This document shows, in pieces, positions 62,658-64,000 of a stretch of 64,000 nt of DNA. Both the position numbers and the translations under genes were made by a program. The notes under the pieces are model-generated. The model was given only the letters and a program-made list of their open reading frames with translations. It had not been told where the DNA came from and ran no database searches. Origin of the DNA: Batkoa obscura (lineage: Eukaryota); the NCBI GenBank assembly GCA_030770535.1, contig JASVEC010000025.1:620001-684000 (forward strand), read 5' to 3'. Numbering within the stretch: position 1 is the first letter of the stretch; every line of letters starts with the position of its first letter.

Positions 62658-62840
62658 TTAAATATTAAACCCAAGATCTCTCATACATTTTTTATGTTTA
62701 TTTATAATATCTAAACAATTTTCTTCCCCATTAAGAAAGACACAATTATCTCTTTCTTTTTTAGTTTCTGGACAAGCACAACATGGTTTTAATCTAGTAT
62801 CATCTTTCTTTATTGAGGTTTCTACTGGTTTAGAGTCCAT
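62658..62840 (-). CDS. COX17: Mitochondrial copper chaperone Cox17
   Basis: [16 protein letters not shown]...C...[10 protein letters not shown] (twin CX9C). Confidence 0.95.
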   Translation of the reverse strand: MDSKPVETSIKKDDTRLKPCCACPETKKERDNCVFLNGEENCLDIINKHKKCMRDLGFNI

Positions 62841-63267
62841 TTTTTATATTTATGATATTTGATTTAAAAAAATGAGTTGATTTTGGTTTAAATCGAAAAA
62901 ATAATTTTTTTGGTAATGTAGGGTTTCTATGTTTACTTTTTATAAGGGATAAAATTGATTGGTGACTTCCAGAAGTTTCTTTTCAAATTGATAATGAGTT
63001 AAATTTTATGAGTAATAATTTTATGATAATTAGCAATATGGATTAGTAATATAGATTAGTTTAAAAGCTCAATTCTAATTTTGTTCAATTTTGATATTTA
63101 GCAAAAGTTGCAAATCCAACACTAAGTACTACAAAACTAGTTACTTTTTTTCCTTACTTTTAAAATAACTTAAATTATATGTTTTTTTGTTCAATTTTAT
63201 AATAATTTTTTTAGAATTTTACTCTACATAGGAAATAGATAAGAAAAGGGAAATTGGGAAATTATAT

Positions 63268-63366
63268 GGGGATGTATTTTTTTGTTTAAGAATTTTACTA
63301 ACAATCTTTCCACTCAAATAGCGCTTAAAAAATGGAAAAAGTAATGAAACTATAAAAAACATCCCC
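63268..63366. mobile_element. MITE copy
   Basis: GGGGATG...CATCCCC with ATAT flanks. Confidence 0.9.
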
Positions 63367-63579
63367 ATATTTTTAATTTTAACCAAGTTTTTAAACTTAA
63401 CAATATAAATGTTACTAAATAAATAATAATTTTTATCAATAAAATAATATTATTGTTCTTAATATATAATTGTATTGAAATTAATCTATTTAAAAGGAAT
63501 TAAAATTGATTATTAATTATCAACTATGAATTTTTTTAAAATGGAATAAAAATTTCAAATATTCTCTTTTAATAATATA

Positions 63580-63693
63580 AAAATAATAAAAATAATAAAA
63601 ATAATAATAACAATAATAACAATAATAACAATAATAACAATAATAACAATAATAACAATAATAACAATAATAACAATAATAACAATAATAACA
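63580..63693. repeat. Tandem repeat (AATAATAAC)n / (AATAATAAA)n
   Basis: Direct 9-bp tandem array. Confidence 0.9.
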
Positions 63694-64000
63694 TAACCCC
63701 ATGTTTTTGAAACCTCTTAAAAAACAAATATCTTCTACTCCTTATCATTGTCAGGATCACTAATTAAATTGACTGCTTTTCAAAGTGGGATACTATAATT
63801 GAACAAGATTCAATACAAGTTAAATGCATTTTAAAAAATGATGTAAAAAAGACTAATATCAAAGTTAGTAATGGCTTTAATGACATATATATTTAGTATG
63901 GATATAGAATGTAGTAAATTAATGTGTTTTATATTCATAAAAAGTATATAAACAATTGAATTTCTTCTTCTAAAAATTTTCTTCATTAAGTGTCTTTATA

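Noticed and set aside
5557..63366. G-to-A/C-to-T decay of MITE ends as evidence for RIP-like mutation
   Set aside because: Transition bias toward AT is expected in this genome, and no dinucleotide context could be established by eye.
63520..63760. Poly-CYY and poly-L ORFs
   Set aside because: They are translations of the (AATAATAAC)n tandem repeat.

Overview
This is a very AT-rich eukaryotic window with many short GT-AG introns. Gene content suggests an early-diverging fungus (Zoopagomycota/Entomophthoromycotina-like; this is inference). The left ~39 kb is an accessory, repeat-rich region with two interleaved expanding gene families. One is six multi-exon (about five exons each) 7TM GPCR-like genes (three apparently intact, three pseudogenes). 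The other is six TM-SPRY-PPxY genes resembling the Ssh4/Ear1 Rsp5 ubiquitin-ligase adaptors (four intact, two pseudogenes). Both families show patchy gene-conversion tracts, and one GPCR/SPRY convergent pair is present as an inverted duplicate. A block of M64 peptidase, ZIM17, VPS28 and an intronless bacterial-type glycyl-tRNA synthetase sits inside this region. At least 19 copies of a ~99-bp MITE (GGGG..CCCC ends, 4-bp TSD) are scattered across the window. A decayed 3.2-kb Sola-like DDD transposon shares the MITE's ends and TSD and carries two nested LTR-like inserts. The right part is mostly ordinary: an RVxF-ankyrin protein, QCR7, intron-containing tRNA-Ile(UAU), NAMPT, a C2H2 factor, a 1646-aa Thr-rich membrane mucin, a HAL/NPR kinase, a TOE1-like nuclease and COX17. 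All family assignments come from motif recognition by eye; no database search was run.
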